DNA of 64,000 nucleotides from Hyaloraphidium curvatum SAG 235-1 (Eukaryota > Fungi > Monoblepharomycota), in NCBI GenBank assembly GCA_025558095.1, contig JAIVFI010000007.1:310001-374000 (forward strand). Direction: 5' to 3'. The first letter of the stretch is position 1; every line of letters starts with the position of its first letter. Both the position numbers and the translations under genes were made by a program. Of the stretch, positions 36,092 through 49,311 are shown in pieces. Under the pieces are notes generated by a model, which was not told the origin of the DNA, did not search any database, and was given only the letters and a program-made list of their open reading frames with translations.

Positions 36092-36830
36092 ATGAGCAGT
36101 AATGGCGATGGCGTCAACGGTCAGACAGACTCGCCTCTCGTGACCGGACAGTGAGTGCTCGGGGACCTCGTTGTGGACTGAACTCACCGCAACGCGCCTG
36201 CGCCATCGACTGGACATCAGATGGGTCCGTCTTTCGCTGGAAACGCCCGATGTTGCGGTGGAGGGCCAGATTTTCGCCTACGATGAGACGACCAACTGCG
36301 TGGTCCTCCAATCTCCCGCGGCCGCGCGGGACGCGCCGAATGGACAGTCGGGCAGGCAGGGCGTTCGCCTTGGGAAGTTTGACTTCCACTTCCTCAAGAT
36401 TTCGGCGGTGAAGGATGTCGTTCCTATTTCTCCTCCGGCCGGAGGGCCGGCAGCTTCGCCCGCCTCGCCCTCCTCTGCCGCGGACCCTGCTTCGGAGCTG
36501 GTTCCGGTGGGCAACCTCAACATCGACAAGGTTATCCAAAGAGAGAACGCTGCTGTTCGTTTGGAGAGGGAGAGGCTCGCCCGCATCGGTGTGGGCGTCA
36601 CCAAGGAAGCCCAGCACATATTCGACGCCCTGGCGAAAACTATGCCTTGTGCCTGGAGCGGCGAGATCATTGTGGTCTTGGAGCAGGTGGCCGTAGCGCC
36701 CCCTTACGGCGTGGATCACGTGCGCCCCATCAAGGGGGCGGAAGCGTCGAAGAACACTCTGGAGCGCGTGAAGCTCGTCCTGACCAAGGAGAAGAGCCGG
36801 CTCGGACTGGGAGAGGCAACGAAAGGATGA
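36092..36830 (+). CDS. LSM12: Lsm12-like protein (Sm fold plus anticodon-binding-like domain)
   Basis: VEGQIFAYD, IGVGVTKEAQHIFDALAKTMPCAW...IVVL..V.VAPPY, LERVK.VL; intron at 36151-36220. Confidence 0.85.
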
Positions 36831-36987
36831 GCAGGGACGTGTACTCGAGGGCAATGCTAGCGGGTACACAAAAGACACGACATCTCCGTCGACAGGCTTC
36901 CAGGGCCACGTTTGACACAATCCGGTGCTGTCCGTTCTCCCCACAAAACCCTGTCCAAGACAACTCAATCGCTACCATCCTAGAACC

Positions 36988-37885
36988 TCAGACGCTCTGC
37001 ATTGTGATGACCCTTTGCAAGTTTTGGAACTCCATCTGGAGGTTCGTCAAGTGCTGGGCGACTTGTTCGCCCTCGTTTTTCGCGGCTTGCAAAGCTGCTG
37101 CGTACTTCTGGAGCTCCATTCGTTCGTAGTCCACAGCTGACGCAAGTCAGCGACGCCTTTGTTGCACGCCGGGCGACACCCACTGTAAATGTGCGGTCTC
37201 ATCGGCGAGGTGGGTACGGGATCCGGAAGCTCCAATGCCCGCTTCATGACGTCCGTAGGTTCCTGAAACACCTGAAAAAGGGGTACTATGTCGGCCAAAG
37301 TCGATGGATCCCATAGAGAACCCACAATCTCGTCGTACTTTTCCGAAATGACCTCCCTCAGACCGCGCAGCTCCGTGTCGTCCGTGTTGTACAGCTTCAG
37401 ATGGTGGGACAACGTGACCGGCTTCTCCTGAGGGTCCGCAAAGTAGACCTTCATGATGATTTCGAACTCGCCCCAGCCGGATTCGATGACCTCGAACGGG
37501 TACTGTTCCACCGTCCTGACATGGTTCTCAAAAGACTCGTGCAGTTTGAACTGCACCCGCTTCACCCAGTTCGAGCAGTCGTCGCTGGGATTCGGCGACG
37601 CAACGATACCATTCGGGGTCACGGTGTGGCCGCAGCCCCGAACGAAGATGCTCCATTTGTGCGTGTGTCCATTCTCCGGGTTCTTTTCCGGCAGGGGTAT
37701 CGCGTGGGATCCGTAGATTATGCCCTTGACGATTTGGCAGTTCTGTCGAAGAGAAGGCAGAGCCGCCGCCGATGCGGAGGGGAGTGGGAGCGACACCGAC
37801 CGCCAGAACGCAACGGAGTCTGTCAGGCGGAGGCAGAAGGCATAGAAAGCGTGTCAGATAGTACCTTTACGCGCTGCACCGTCAT
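36988..37885 (-). CDS. YAF9: YEATS-domain protein Yaf9/GAS41
   Basis: MTVQRVK / IIYGS...HTHKWSIFVRG...VKRVQFKLHES...PFEVIESGWGEFEI...HHLKLY...EKYDEI; coiled-coil tail. Confidence 0.88.
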
Positions 37886-38186
37886 ATTGAGGTCGTTGCT
37901 GGCCGAGACCGAGTGCGTGGATCACCCCGCCCCCGCCGCCGATCGCGCGCGGCCGACGAGGAGTCAAAGGTAAGGCAGCAGATCTTCCGAAGTATTCCAA
38001 CAATCTATAGACCTGAAAACGAATGATTCAGCCAGCGAGCCCGCTGTGTGCCCCCGAACGATCGACGTGCCCGACGCCTCCCCACAACAGCTCCTGGAAG
38101 GGAGGCCACGACGTCGATTCAGGCAGAGCCAACCAGTTCCGCCTCAAGAGAGGGCTAGCTCTTATTCGAATCAATCTCGAAATCAA

Positions 38187-40030
38187 CTACAGCTTGTACT
38201 GCATGACCTGTTCAGGCCCAAAGAGGTGCTCATTTATGTCCAGCCGGCCAGCCTTCTTGCTCGCAACCTTGTCGACGTCCGCCATGGTGATACCGCGAGC
38301 TTCGACGGCTGCCGACGGAACCACGTCAGTGCGGACCAGCGACTGCAACGTCGAGGGATTCTTACCAGGGTTGTATCCCAAGTTCTTTTCGTAAGTCGGG
38401 GGGGCTGGCCCGGTTTTGCCGAATGCGCGCTTGTAGACTGCGAACGCTGTCAGCTTGCGATCTTCGGGGAACAAAAACGCAACGTACCTCCGCAAACAGT
38501 CGCACCACCCAGACCCACGTTGTGCTGGAACGCAACCCTGCAGTTCGCGACCTGTCGCGGACCACACCAACCGCGCAATTGCCAAACAAGCTCCGTGGCC
38601 TGGGCGAGACCCGTGGCACCGAGTGGATGTCCCTTGGAGATGAGGCCGCCCGATCCGTTGATTACGGTGACGCGGTCCGGGTTGAGTCCCTTGGGCCTAG
38701 TTGCGTCGTTGTGCCCCGCGCCGCTCTTGACCCAATCGCCCGCCTTGCCGGGCTCCGAGATGCCGAGGGCGTCGATCGTGATGATCTCGTTGGAGGAGAA
38801 GCAATCATGCAGCTCGACAACGTCAATGTCCTTCGGCGTGATGCCCGCGAGCTTGTACGCCTCGGCAGCGGCTTTCCGCGTCATGTCGGCGCCGGTGATC
38901 TCGATCAGGCTCTTGGGGTGGCCCTCCTTGGCAAAGTGCCTCGCAGAGTCGGTGGCCATGCTGGCCACCAATGAGGATCGGATTGCGCAGACCTGAACAA
39001 CCATTCAGCACTCACGTTTGGGCCACGATCTCGATTGCCTGGTCCTGGAGTCCGCGTCTCTTGACGAAGTCCTCCGATGCAAGAATAGCGCACGCGGACC
39101 CGTTGCTGGTCGGCGAACAGTGGAGCAGAGTTAGCTTCTTGAAGATCGGGCGGGCCTTCTGGACTTCTTCGATCGTAGATGTGTGCTTAAACTGACTGTA
39201 TGGATTCAGCGAGCTGCAGAACGGATCAGGTGCCATCGTAGGAGCCACCGGATCAGCCGATCGCACCTATGTGAGTGATTCTTGCTAGCAACCCAGTCCA
39301 TGGACACCGGATCTTGATTATTCTCATTGCAATACGCCTCGCCCGCATTGCCGAACATTTGCGGGTTGCCGGGTACTCTTTGCAACGGGGCGAGTTCGTC
39401 CATGATCTTCATCGTCACGTCGATGGGCGAAGTCCGCTCGGGAAAGTGCGAGCCCGGCAGGGGTCCAGGCTTCATCTTCTCAAAGCCGATCGCGAGGGCG
39501 CAGTCGTACAGGCCGCTCTCAATCGCCTGGCGGGCAAGGTACAGGGCGCTCGAACCCGTGGCGCAGTTGTTATTCACGTTCATGATTGGGATCTGTCGGC
39601 GACAGTCAGCAGACCTATCCGCACAGAGAAGCCAGCAACAAACAGACCTGGGTGAGGCCAAGCTGGTACAGAGCCCTCTGGCCATACGTGCTGTCCCCAT
39701 AAACGTATCCTGAATGGGTCCGGGGTCAGTTGCTTGTGGTCTCATTGCGGGAATGGGGACCGACCGGCCGCGGCCGTCTCCACGTCATCGTAGTTGATGC
39801 CGGCGTCAAGCAGAGCCTTTGTAGCCGCTTCCAAAGCGTATTCGCAGTAATCTTTGTTTGGGTTCACTCCCGGCTTGTCGAATGTGGTCCTGCGGAGATC
39901 CCGTGTCAGTCAATGAGCTGAAGGCGACCTCCCCGCGTCCGACTCGCGGGCGGACGTGCTCGCGGCGATGCTGGCCACAATGTCGGCACAACGCACATGC
40001 CAACCCCGATGAAATAAACCTGAGCAACAA
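38187..40030 (-). CDS. SCPx/SCP2-type thiolase (nonspecific lipid-transfer protein thiolase); start uncertain
   Basis: VYFIGVGM/TTFDKP, NVNNNCATGSSAL, GFEKM, CSPTSNGSA, VVELHDCFS.NE, SGGLISKGHPLGATG, QHNVGLGGA. Confidence 0.85.
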
Positions 40031-40352
40031 CCGCCCGGCATGCGCAGGGAGTGGGAGCGGCGCCGCCGCCGCAACAGGGTCACGAGTCCGTGGGAGACGC
40101 GGGAATACAGTAGGGCGTGTCAACGGCCCGCATTCCACTGCCGGGCGCCAAACCCACGGGACGCCCTTTCTTCATCTTTCTTCTTCACCGCGAAGGATGG
40201 ATTTTCGTGGGGAGAGGGGGACGGGTTCGCGGTAGCCCGTGGCAAGTTTGAGTGCCGCCAATTTCGCACCGATCACAGGGCGGTGGCAAGGCGCTTCGGG
40301 CCAGGAGAGCGCAATAGCATATGCCAAACCAACAGATCCAATATCTAGGCAT

Positions 40353-42014
40353 CTACAAGCCACGCAGCGGGATCTCCGCCGCCGGGATCGCCAGGATCTC
40401 CCTCAAGCTGTCCTCGATGATTCGGGCCGCCTCCCGGATCTCGGGCTCGGTGATGCAGAGCGGCGGTGCCTGGGCTATTCGTCAGCAGCGCAGAATGTAG
40501 AGCCGACTGCCAATCCTCACCAGCCGGATGATGTGCCCATGGGTCGGCTTTGCCAGCAAGCCGTTCCTCGCCATCAGCAGGCACACGTCCCACGCCGTCT
40601 TGCCCTCCCGCTTCATCTCGTCGCATTGGTCGTCGATCTCGATCGCGTTGAGGAGCCCGCGCCCGCGCACGATCTTGAGGATCGGGGACTGGATCCGCTG
40701 GAGCAGGGAGCGGAAGAGCTTGCCCATGGCCTCGGCGTTCTCGGCCATCTTCTCGTCGCGCAGAACCTCGAGGGCCGTGATCGCCACCGCGCAGCCCAAC
40801 GGGTTGCCGCCTGCCAGGCTTGAGATCAGCACGGCGCGATCGGAGCACGCCTCAGCTTTGGACGTACCGTAGGTGGAACCGTGCTCGCCGGGCTTGATGG
40901 TCAGCATGATCTCCTTGGAAGCCAGGACCGCGGAGACGGGGTAGACGCCGCCCGACAGGGCCTTCCCAAGAATGAGAATGTCGGGCTTGACGCCCTCGTG
41001 GTCCACGGCGAGAAGCTTCCCTGTCCTTGCCAGGCCGGTCTGGATTTCATCTGTTTGGATAGCGGTGAGCCGACGGAAAGCAGAAGCGTCGCAGAAAAGC
41101 CAACCAGCAATCAGCAGAACGTTGTGCTTCTTGCACAGCTCCGCCGCGGCCTTGAGGTAGCCCTCGGGCGGGATCTGGATCCCCGCCTCGCCCTGGATGG
41201 GCTCGACCAGGAATGCCGCCACGTCCTTCCCATGCGCCTCGAGCGCCGCCTCCAGGTCCGCAATCTCCCCGTACCGGATCTGCTGCTTCGTCACGGGGCA
41301 GGTGGGCCCGACGTGGGGCATGTACGGGCCAAAGTGGTTGTACGAGTCCGGGTCGGTCGACATGGAGATGATGGCCAGGGTGCGGCCGTGGAAGTTGTTG
41401 GTGGCCGAGAGCACCATGGCGCGCTCCGCCGCGACGCCCTTCTTGACGTAGGCCCACCGGCGCGCGACCTTCATCGCCGTCTCCACCGCCTCGGCGCCCG
41501 AGTTCATGGGGAGCACCATCTGGAGCCGGTCAGCGCCTGCCGACACGGGCAGCCGAAGGCAATCGCACCTCGTAGCCGAAGTAATCCGTGACAAACTTGG
41601 CGTAGGTGCCAAAGACCGAGTTGTGGAAGGCACGGGAGGACAGGGCGAGCTTCCCGGCCTGCTCGGCCAGAGTGGCGACGATCCTCGGGTGGGAGTGCCC
41701 CTGGTTCACGGCAGAGTAGGCCGAGAGGAAGTCTGGCGTCCGTCGGAACGTCCATCGGCGCGGAATCGCTGTTGAGCGGCGCCGCTACGAGCCGGAGGCA
41801 GGCGGTCCTCACCCATGTACTTCTTGCCCTCCACGTCCCACACCCAGATGCCCTGTCCCTTGGTGAGGACAACCGGTAGCGGGTGGTAGTTGTGCGCCGA
41901 GTGCTCGTGCTCCATGTGCATAAGGTCCGCAGATGTGAGACCGCCCCCGTTGGCGTGGGAGCCGTTTGCCGAGCCGTTTGCGGCGTGGCTCGCGGAATCG
42001 ATTGCGCCGGGCAT
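40353..42014 (-). CDS. CAR2: Ornithine aminotransferase (class III PLP enzyme)
   Basis: [75 protein letters not shown]. Confidence 0.93.
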
Positions 42015-42391
42015 TCTTCCACTATCGATGGCGCGCGAAAAGAGTCGGAGGGGCGGCCACAGCGGACGACGGCGAAGACTGTGTTTATTGGTCGGGCCCA
42101 GCGGAACTTGCGGGCATCAGAATACAGTAAAGAAAGCCAAAGCTTGTCGGCTCCGCCACTCCACCGACCTGCTTGCTCTCTTCCGGGCTACCAGAGCGTT
42201 CCTCGCTATTGTTTGCCCATCGTAGATCGGGATGGCACAATTGCTGGGCATCAGGTCTCCCCGCGGGGGCGTGAGAAGCCGTCGATCGATCACTGGAGAG
42301 AAACAGGAGTGCCGGCGCCGGAAACTCCTACCTCATATCTCTACTGAGCTAGATGGATTTATCATCTTCGCCTTGCTAGCTTCCGTTTCTC

Positions 42392-44498
42392 ATGGGGACC
42401 GTGATCGGCGGCCGCTGCTCGCCTCCGAGCTTCCTTCTCTCGTCGTCAGAAAATGACCGCCCTCGCAGCGCGATGACGGGTACCGAGGATCTTCCGGCGC
42501 CGCCGGTGCCGCCTCCGCGGACGCGGTCGCAGCGGGCGCCGTCGACGGCGTCGCGCGCGTCGAGTGCGTCGCTCGCGGTGTCGGCCGAGGAGGGAAGCCC
42601 CGACGCCGAGCAGCCGCCGGCGCTCGTCGACCGCATCGCGTCGCTGCGGCAGCGGCTCGGCCTGCGCGATGCGCCGGAAACCCGCGCGCCGCCGCTCGAA
42701 GTGTCGCCGGCGAGGAGCGCGGGCAGCGTCGGCACGTCGCTCGCGACCGAGACCGAATCCGACGACGACGACGCGCTGAGCTTCGACGGCGAGAGCGAGA
42801 AGTCGTCGACGCTGGGCCCGGCGCCGGACATGGGCCACGGCGCGCTGGCCAGCGTGCCAGAGGACCCCGCGGACGCGGACGCCCCCGCGGGGGCGCCGGG
42901 TAGCCGCGGCTCGGACGGCGGCTCGCTCCCACGGACACGGCCGCCACATCCGCACCCGGCAATCACCGTAAAGACGGACGTGGCGGTGGAGCTGGCCCCC
43001 TCGAGCCAGGACTCGGCCAACCGGTCGTCGAATCCGTCGGATTTGGCCCCCACTGGTATCTCCTCGTCCGCCCCCTCGGACCCCGTGGCAACGCCCACGA
43101 CACATTCCTCCCCGCTGGCTCCCGCGATCTCGCCCGCGATGCTGGCCTGGCAGCAGATTCTGGCGACCGAGGCCGGCGCCGAGCTCGCCGACCTGGTGCC
43201 GCGGCTGTCGGTGGACCCCCTGACGAGCAGCTTCCCCGTGTTTCCGATGATCCCGCACTTTTTGGACTCGCTGGTGGGCAGCCTGCCCCACGACGCCTGG
43301 GACTTGGTCGACGGGCCCGGCGACGGCCTGGGCGGCAGCGCGGAGGAGGGCGACCCGCTCGCGAAGCTCCGCGACAGCAAAATCCGCCGGGACCACGTCA
43401 TGAAGGAGATTTACGAGACGGAAGTCTCGTACCTGGGGAAGCTTCAGATCATGGACCGCGTCTTCCGCGCCCAGCTGCGGCGGATCCTCGGCGAGGCGGG
43501 CGAGCCCTCGATCCGCCGAATCTTTGGCGGGCTGGACGAGCTGCTCGCGATCCACACCGAGTTCAGGTCGCGGCTGCGCTCGCTCTGCCTGTCCTGGACG
43601 GACGAATCGGGCGTCGGCGACCTGTTCCGGGAGTTCAAGCCCAAGCTCACGCAGGGGTACGCCGTGTACATCGACAACTTCCAGAGCTGCCGCGACGAGA
43701 TGAACAACCTGGACCGGACAAACTCGGAGTATCGGCAGTTCACCAAGGATTGCATGACCAGTCCCGAAACGGAGAAGACGAACCTGGCCGAGTTTCTGCT
43801 CTATCCCGTGCAGCGCACCACCCGGTACACTCTTCTCCTCAAGGGTGAGCCCCTTGTCGGCTGTACAGTCGTGTATTGTTTCTCACGCGCCCGCAGAAAT
43901 GGTCAAGAGCACCCCGAAGACCCACCCTGACTACGCTTCCGTGCTGGCGGCGCAGAAGGACATGGAGGAGTGGACCAACCGGGTCAACGAGCTGAAGCGC
44001 CTGGAGGAGGAGCGCACGGCCATGTTCCAGGCCTTTTCGCAGACCGAGAACTGCCCGGCGAGCCTCATCAACTTCAACCGGCGCCTCGTGTTCCAGGCGG
44101 ACGCCACGGACGGCAAGACGGGCAAGCCGCTGCACGTCTTCCTCTTCTCGGACCTCATCATGGTGGCCAAGCCGATCCAGAAGGGCGGCATCTGGTTCCT
44201 CGCGGCCGCGGGGCCGGCCGCCGAGGGGGACAAGCTGTACAAGTTTGTCCGCTGGCTCGACTTCCGGGACTTTGCCGTCGCAGACGACACGCTGACGAAG
44301 AGCAACCGGGCGCAGATCCGGCTGCTGCTGCGGTACCGCCGCGCCGACAATCCGATGAGCGTGACGACGTTCCCGGGGGCGGAGGAGAAGCCGGCACAGG
44401 CCAACGAGACGCTGGCGTACACTTTCGGCACGGACGAGGAGAGGGACAAGTTCGTGGCGGCGCTGCAGTCGGAGATGAAGCGGGGGAAGAAGATCTAG
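42392..44498 (+). CDS. Rho GEF (DH-PH domains)
   Basis: RRDHVMKEIYETEVSYL, LAEFLLYPVQRTTRYTLLLK/EMVKSTP..HPDY, PH-like VFLFSDLIMVAK; intron at about 43844-43897; start may be ATG 42473. Confidence 0.85.
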
Positions 44499-44728
44499 GA
44501 AGATCTTGGGGGTGGTTAGCTCGAGCACGGTGTATCTGGCATGGAAACCAGGGTTGTTCCGATCGGATCGGAAGTTGGTGGAGCCTCTGGGGCGGAGTCT
44601 ACTGCTGCGGACAAACACAGCGCTGAGGCACCATCGCGAAGGCCTCACTTGGAGCCCAGGGACCTTGCCGGCCTCCATCGGTCTAGAAGCGCGCCGCTGC
44701 GCATCGTAGAACCGCAGCCTTCGGGAGA

Positions 44729-46019
44729 ATGGACCCCGCCAAGAAGCGGCAGGAGGAGGTCCAGGTCAAGAAGCTGCAGGCACTGATCTCGTCGGACCCC
44801 GCCAACGCCCTCTGCGCCGACTGCGGCGCGAAAGGCACGCGATGGGGCTCCACGAACCTGGGCGCGCTGCTCTGCATTCGCTGCGGGGGCCTGCACAGGA
44901 AGCTCGGTACACATGTCCGTCTCTCCCGCGTTCGGGCCCGCTCTCTGCCGACAAGGCCTCACTCTCCCCTCGCCGCACGCAGATATCGCGCATCAAGAGC
45001 CTCTCTTTGGATATCTGGGCGCCCGAAATCCTGGAGAGCTTCCTGGCCATCGGCGGCAACCCCGCCGTGAACTCCAAGTACCTACCCCGGCCGGACCTCG
45101 TGGGGCCGCCGCCGACAAACGACGACATGCTGATGGAGCAGTACATCCGGGACAAATACGAGCGGAAGCGGTTCATGGGTCCCGGAGGGAGGGCGCAGAA
45201 TGAGGCCGCCGCGGAGCGCGTGAGGGAGCCTTCGCCGAAGCCGCCGCCCAAGCCCGCGGGGCCGTCGCAGCAGGAACTAAAGGACAAGTACAGGACGCAC
45301 CTCGCCAAGCTGGCGAACATGGGTTTCACCGACGAAAAGCTGAACCTGCAGCTCCTTGCAAAGTACTCGGGATCCATCAACGACACCGTCGACTACCTCC
45401 TCAGCCATGCGACGAACGGAATGCACTCTAACGGGATAGCGGAGCCGGGACGCTTCGACGAGGGCAGGGCGCCCGATCCTCTGGGTCCGCCCCCGACCCA
45501 GCAGCGCAACCGGAGTCAGCCCGCACCGAAGGCACCTGCCGCTGCTTCGAAGGACATCGACGACATCTTTGGCGACTTCGTGTCATCGTCTCCCCAGCCG
45601 CTTTGGCAGGAAGTCGTCTCTGTGCCGAGCGCTGCCCCGCCTGCCCCTGCCCCGGTTTCCGCCCCCGTTCCGGATCCCCGTACGAACGCAAAGGCCCAGA
45701 TCTTGTCGCTCTACAATGTGCCGCAGCCCAGGCCGGCGATGATGATGCAGCCGATGCCCACGCAGCAGCAGGCTCAGGGGCAAAACCCGTTCGCGGTTGC
45801 ACCGGCAGGGATGGGAGGCATGGGCGGGACGCAGCAGGCCAACGCTTGGCATCCCCAGCATGTGGATCCCACGACTGCATGGTAAGCACACGCGTCATTT
45901 GCGAGTCCTCGTCACTGACGTTCGTGCCAAACAGGCCCCAGCAACAGCAGCAAGTGCAGAGAGATCCGTTCGATTTCGGTTCCGCCACGAATGGACAGAA
46001 CGGCAACCCTTTCTTCTGA
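44729..46019 (+). CDS. ArfGAP with UBA domain (SMAP/Gts1-like)
   Basis: NALCADCGA...WGSTNLG..LCIRCGGLHRKLGTH/ISRIKSLSLD.W; EQYIRDKYE; UBA-like LANMGFTD; NPF motifs. Confidence 0.85.
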
Positions 46020-46072
46020 ATCATGGTCATCTTTCTTTTCAAGAATAGCCGATACCAATTGTAGGCAACCAA

Positions 46073-48275
46073 TTACTCCTTTGATTTCTTCTTCCCAAAT
46101 GGCAGCCAGCCGAAAGCTCCGCCAGAAGAATGGTCCGCAGAGTCCTCGCCGTTTCGTCGGCCTTTCTTTTTCCCAGCAGCGTCGTGGAGAGACGCCGCGC
46201 TCGGCGAAACACCGGCGCCACCGGAAACAGGCGTTTGAGGCATCACCGGAGACACCGCAGGCTGGGCAGCGACCACTTTTTCGAGCGGCGCCAAGGCCGA
46301 CCCGTTCGCCACGGGAGCCACTGCTTGCGGAGCAGATGGAACTTCGGCAGCCAAAGAAGTCCGACCAACGATCGGCGTGGCAGTCGCCAATGCGGGGTTT
46401 GTCGAGGTGCCGTCCGTCGACGGGCCGCGCACAGCAGCCTCGTTGGGAGAGACGCGGCCGCCGTGCGTGTCCTTCTGGGGCGTCCCGCTTCCCATGGCCT
46501 TCAGCATGGCGGAGCTGTCAAAATCGGCGGCCGAGTAGAAGAAAATGTACCCGCTCCCGGACTGGTTGATGTCGCCAAAGTACCGCTGCAGATAAGCCTC
46601 ATCCACGGGCTTCAAGAGAGTCAGATCCGACTGAGTCTCCACCGAGTTCTGCAAAACCTACCTCGACCGTGTCATCGTCGAAAAGAACCCACTGATCGTG
46701 GGTCTTGATGAGCGTCACGTAGTGGCCATGGTAAGGTCCGCTGCCGATGTGCACGATGATCGCAAAAAGGTTGTAGAGTCGGTCGGGGTTCTCGGCATCA
46801 TCCGACTGTGAACGCAATCGCGGGTGAGCTTGGCCATCACCCATGGACCACGCCTGCTTACCGTGTTAAAAACCCGCAGCTCCAGCGGAAAGACGACTCG
46901 ATACGCCAGCTTCGTGTACCGCTGCAGCTTCTCTTGGTACTTGAAGCGTTTGAGGTGGATGGCCAAGATGTTGGGGAGCTTCTTGATCTTCATCCTGGAA
47001 GAAGCGCCGCCTTTAGCAGGCACTTGTGGCAACAAGCGCCGCTTTCACCTCTTTTCTGCTTCCTGCAATGAACAGCACTTGTCGCAAAAAAACTTGTTCT
47101 TCGAGCACAGGGTCTCAGAGGTTGAAAAGTTGCGCAGGCAAGCGCTGAGCGAGGCGTGCTGTTCGACGTCGATGGAAAGATCGAGGAACGGCTCGTCGCG
47201 GGAGGAGACCGTCTCGCAGGTCAGACACCGCGTCTCGTTCACAAGCTGCCCCTCAAACAGCTTGTGGATCCACGTGTTGTTCGCGTCGTCTTTGCCCGGC
47301 TTGCCACCGTCCTCGTGGTCGCCCCCAGCGTGATCTAAAAGCCTCAATGAGAAAGAAGCCGAGCTAGGGGATCGCCAGGAGAGTCTACCAGCGGACTGGT
47401 GGCCACCAATGCCGTTCATGGCACTCTGTTGCAGTCTCCGGACCTCCTTCTGCTGCTTCGTGAGCGTCTCGCCAATGGTGTTCAGCGTATAGTTGAAAAA
47501 CTCGTGCGCGTCCTGGTGCATGTTGCTCCGGAATTGCTCTGCCCATGAAATGGCGTCAGGCGGGCTGGACCAAGGGGCGGCCCAGAAGTGACCGACCGCT
47601 CTCCTTCCGCAGCTTCGCGACGAACTGCTGCGGCCCCATGACGCCGGTTCGCTTCTTCTGGGAAGCGATCTTCAGGAACAGGTCCTTGAGCGTGGCCAGC
47701 AGCGTCTCCTCCGCGTCCAGATACTCCAGGAGCTCCTTCTCGCTCCGCGCCTCCTGTGCCGATTTGATGGACGGCCCTGCCGGAACAGCGGGGGCGTCCT
47801 TTCGCTTGTCGCGCTTAAAATCGAAAGCCATGGCTTTGCTCCCCCCCGCTACGTTGGCCGGGTTCGCGGTCGCCGGCGAAGGTAGGGCCGCCCGCGCGGC
47901 CGCCGACCCCAGCATGAGCGGCGTGTACTCGGTCACGCAATCCCGGAACGGCTGGCAGTAGTAGAGCGCCTGCAGAACCGAGTTGCAATAGCTGCGGGTC
48001 GTTAGCACACCGGTCATGGCTCCGGCGGCATCCTGGAGGCCTCACCAAGTGTTGCCATACTAGATCCGTGCCATCGGGGTCGTTCAGGCACACGCGAACG
48101 ACAGGAGGGCCGAGAGACCCACGTTCTCAAATCCGTAGAAGCGTTCCTCGCCCGTCTGGTTCAACCACTCGTTCGCAGCATCGGAGCCCTTCTTGTCCGT
48201 GCCCTGGAGGCCCCGTTGAGCTCCACGCCAGCTCACCACACAGAGGTCGGGAATCGTACCGAAATGCCGATCCAT
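46073..48275 (-). CDS. Ubiquitin-specific protease, USP12/46 (Ubp9/Ubp13/CreB) type
   Basis: [69 protein letters not shown]. Confidence 0.9.
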
Positions 48276-48439
48276 TTGAGGAAAGACATCGTCTACGTGC
48301 CGCCGAGCCCCGATGCGGGGGGATCCGGGTTCTGGCGCCCGCCGCGGTGGAGCTGATTGTGCGGACCCGCGCCGATGGCAGACACCGCAAATACCACCAG
48401 CTCTCCACTCTGTTTCCCTCGCTGGGTCGATTACGGAAA

Positions 48440-48953
48440 ATGGCAGCACCACGGCCGGACAATTTCGGAATGGCCTTGTGCGTTCGGCGCGGAGCGTGCA
48501 ATGACATGTGTTAACTGCTGTCTCCCGGGTCGTTGGGCTCCATTGACCGCTGGCTCCCTTATGACTCGAATGCAGCGCCGGAATGGTGCTGGCAGGAGGC
48601 ATTTCGGCCTATCTTAGGGCTGGCAGCACGATCTCCCTGGTGCGGAGCTCCGTTGTGCCAATCCACTGGAGGACAAGCTAATGGCCTCTCACTAGGTTGC
48701 CTCCACCGTCTTCGGCCTCCTTTTAGCTTGGGGAGCTCGGCAGAACGACCCCAAGGTCATGATAGCTGTCAGTGGCCTCTTGTTGGCGGTCATGAGCGGT
48801 CGTTTTGCCAAGACGGGCAAATTCATGCCCGCGGGACTTGTTTCAGTTCTCGGTGAGTGACTGCATGGCGTCAGTTTGACGCTTTCGTGAACTTGCCATC
48901 CAGCTCTGGTGTCTATGATGAGATACGGCTCGGTTATTCGGAACGCCAAGTAA
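48440..48953 (+). CDS. TMEM14/FAX (UPF0136) small membrane protein
   Basis: Spliced reading AGGISAYLRAGSTISL / VASTVFGLL...RFAKTGKFMPAGLVSVL / ALVSMMRY; four exons. Confidence 0.8.
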
Positions 48954-49311
48954 TGGTGTGTGTGAACAAGCTGGCGGTCATCAAGGTGCCGGGAGGTGTC
49001 GGACTAGCTTCGATCGTGGATGTGAACTCTGAATGAAGAAGGAACGACGAGTAGAGCCCGTCTAAGTGTCTCTTTCGGGGTCCTAGCAAGTGTGGGGCGG
49101 TGCTGAATCTGCCAGCACATCACGAGTTCGCTGCAAACTTCGAAAAGCTTCCGGCGACCCACCGGTCTGCATTCAGGGCTCTGCGCGCCTCGCAACACGG
49201 GCATCCCCAAACTGACACTTTTTTCACCGTCCAGGCGCCGTTCTCGAGGCGACGTGTCGGAACCGAGGCCGCTGCAACCGTTTTCAACCGGGAACGGGAC
49301 GCGACCACAGA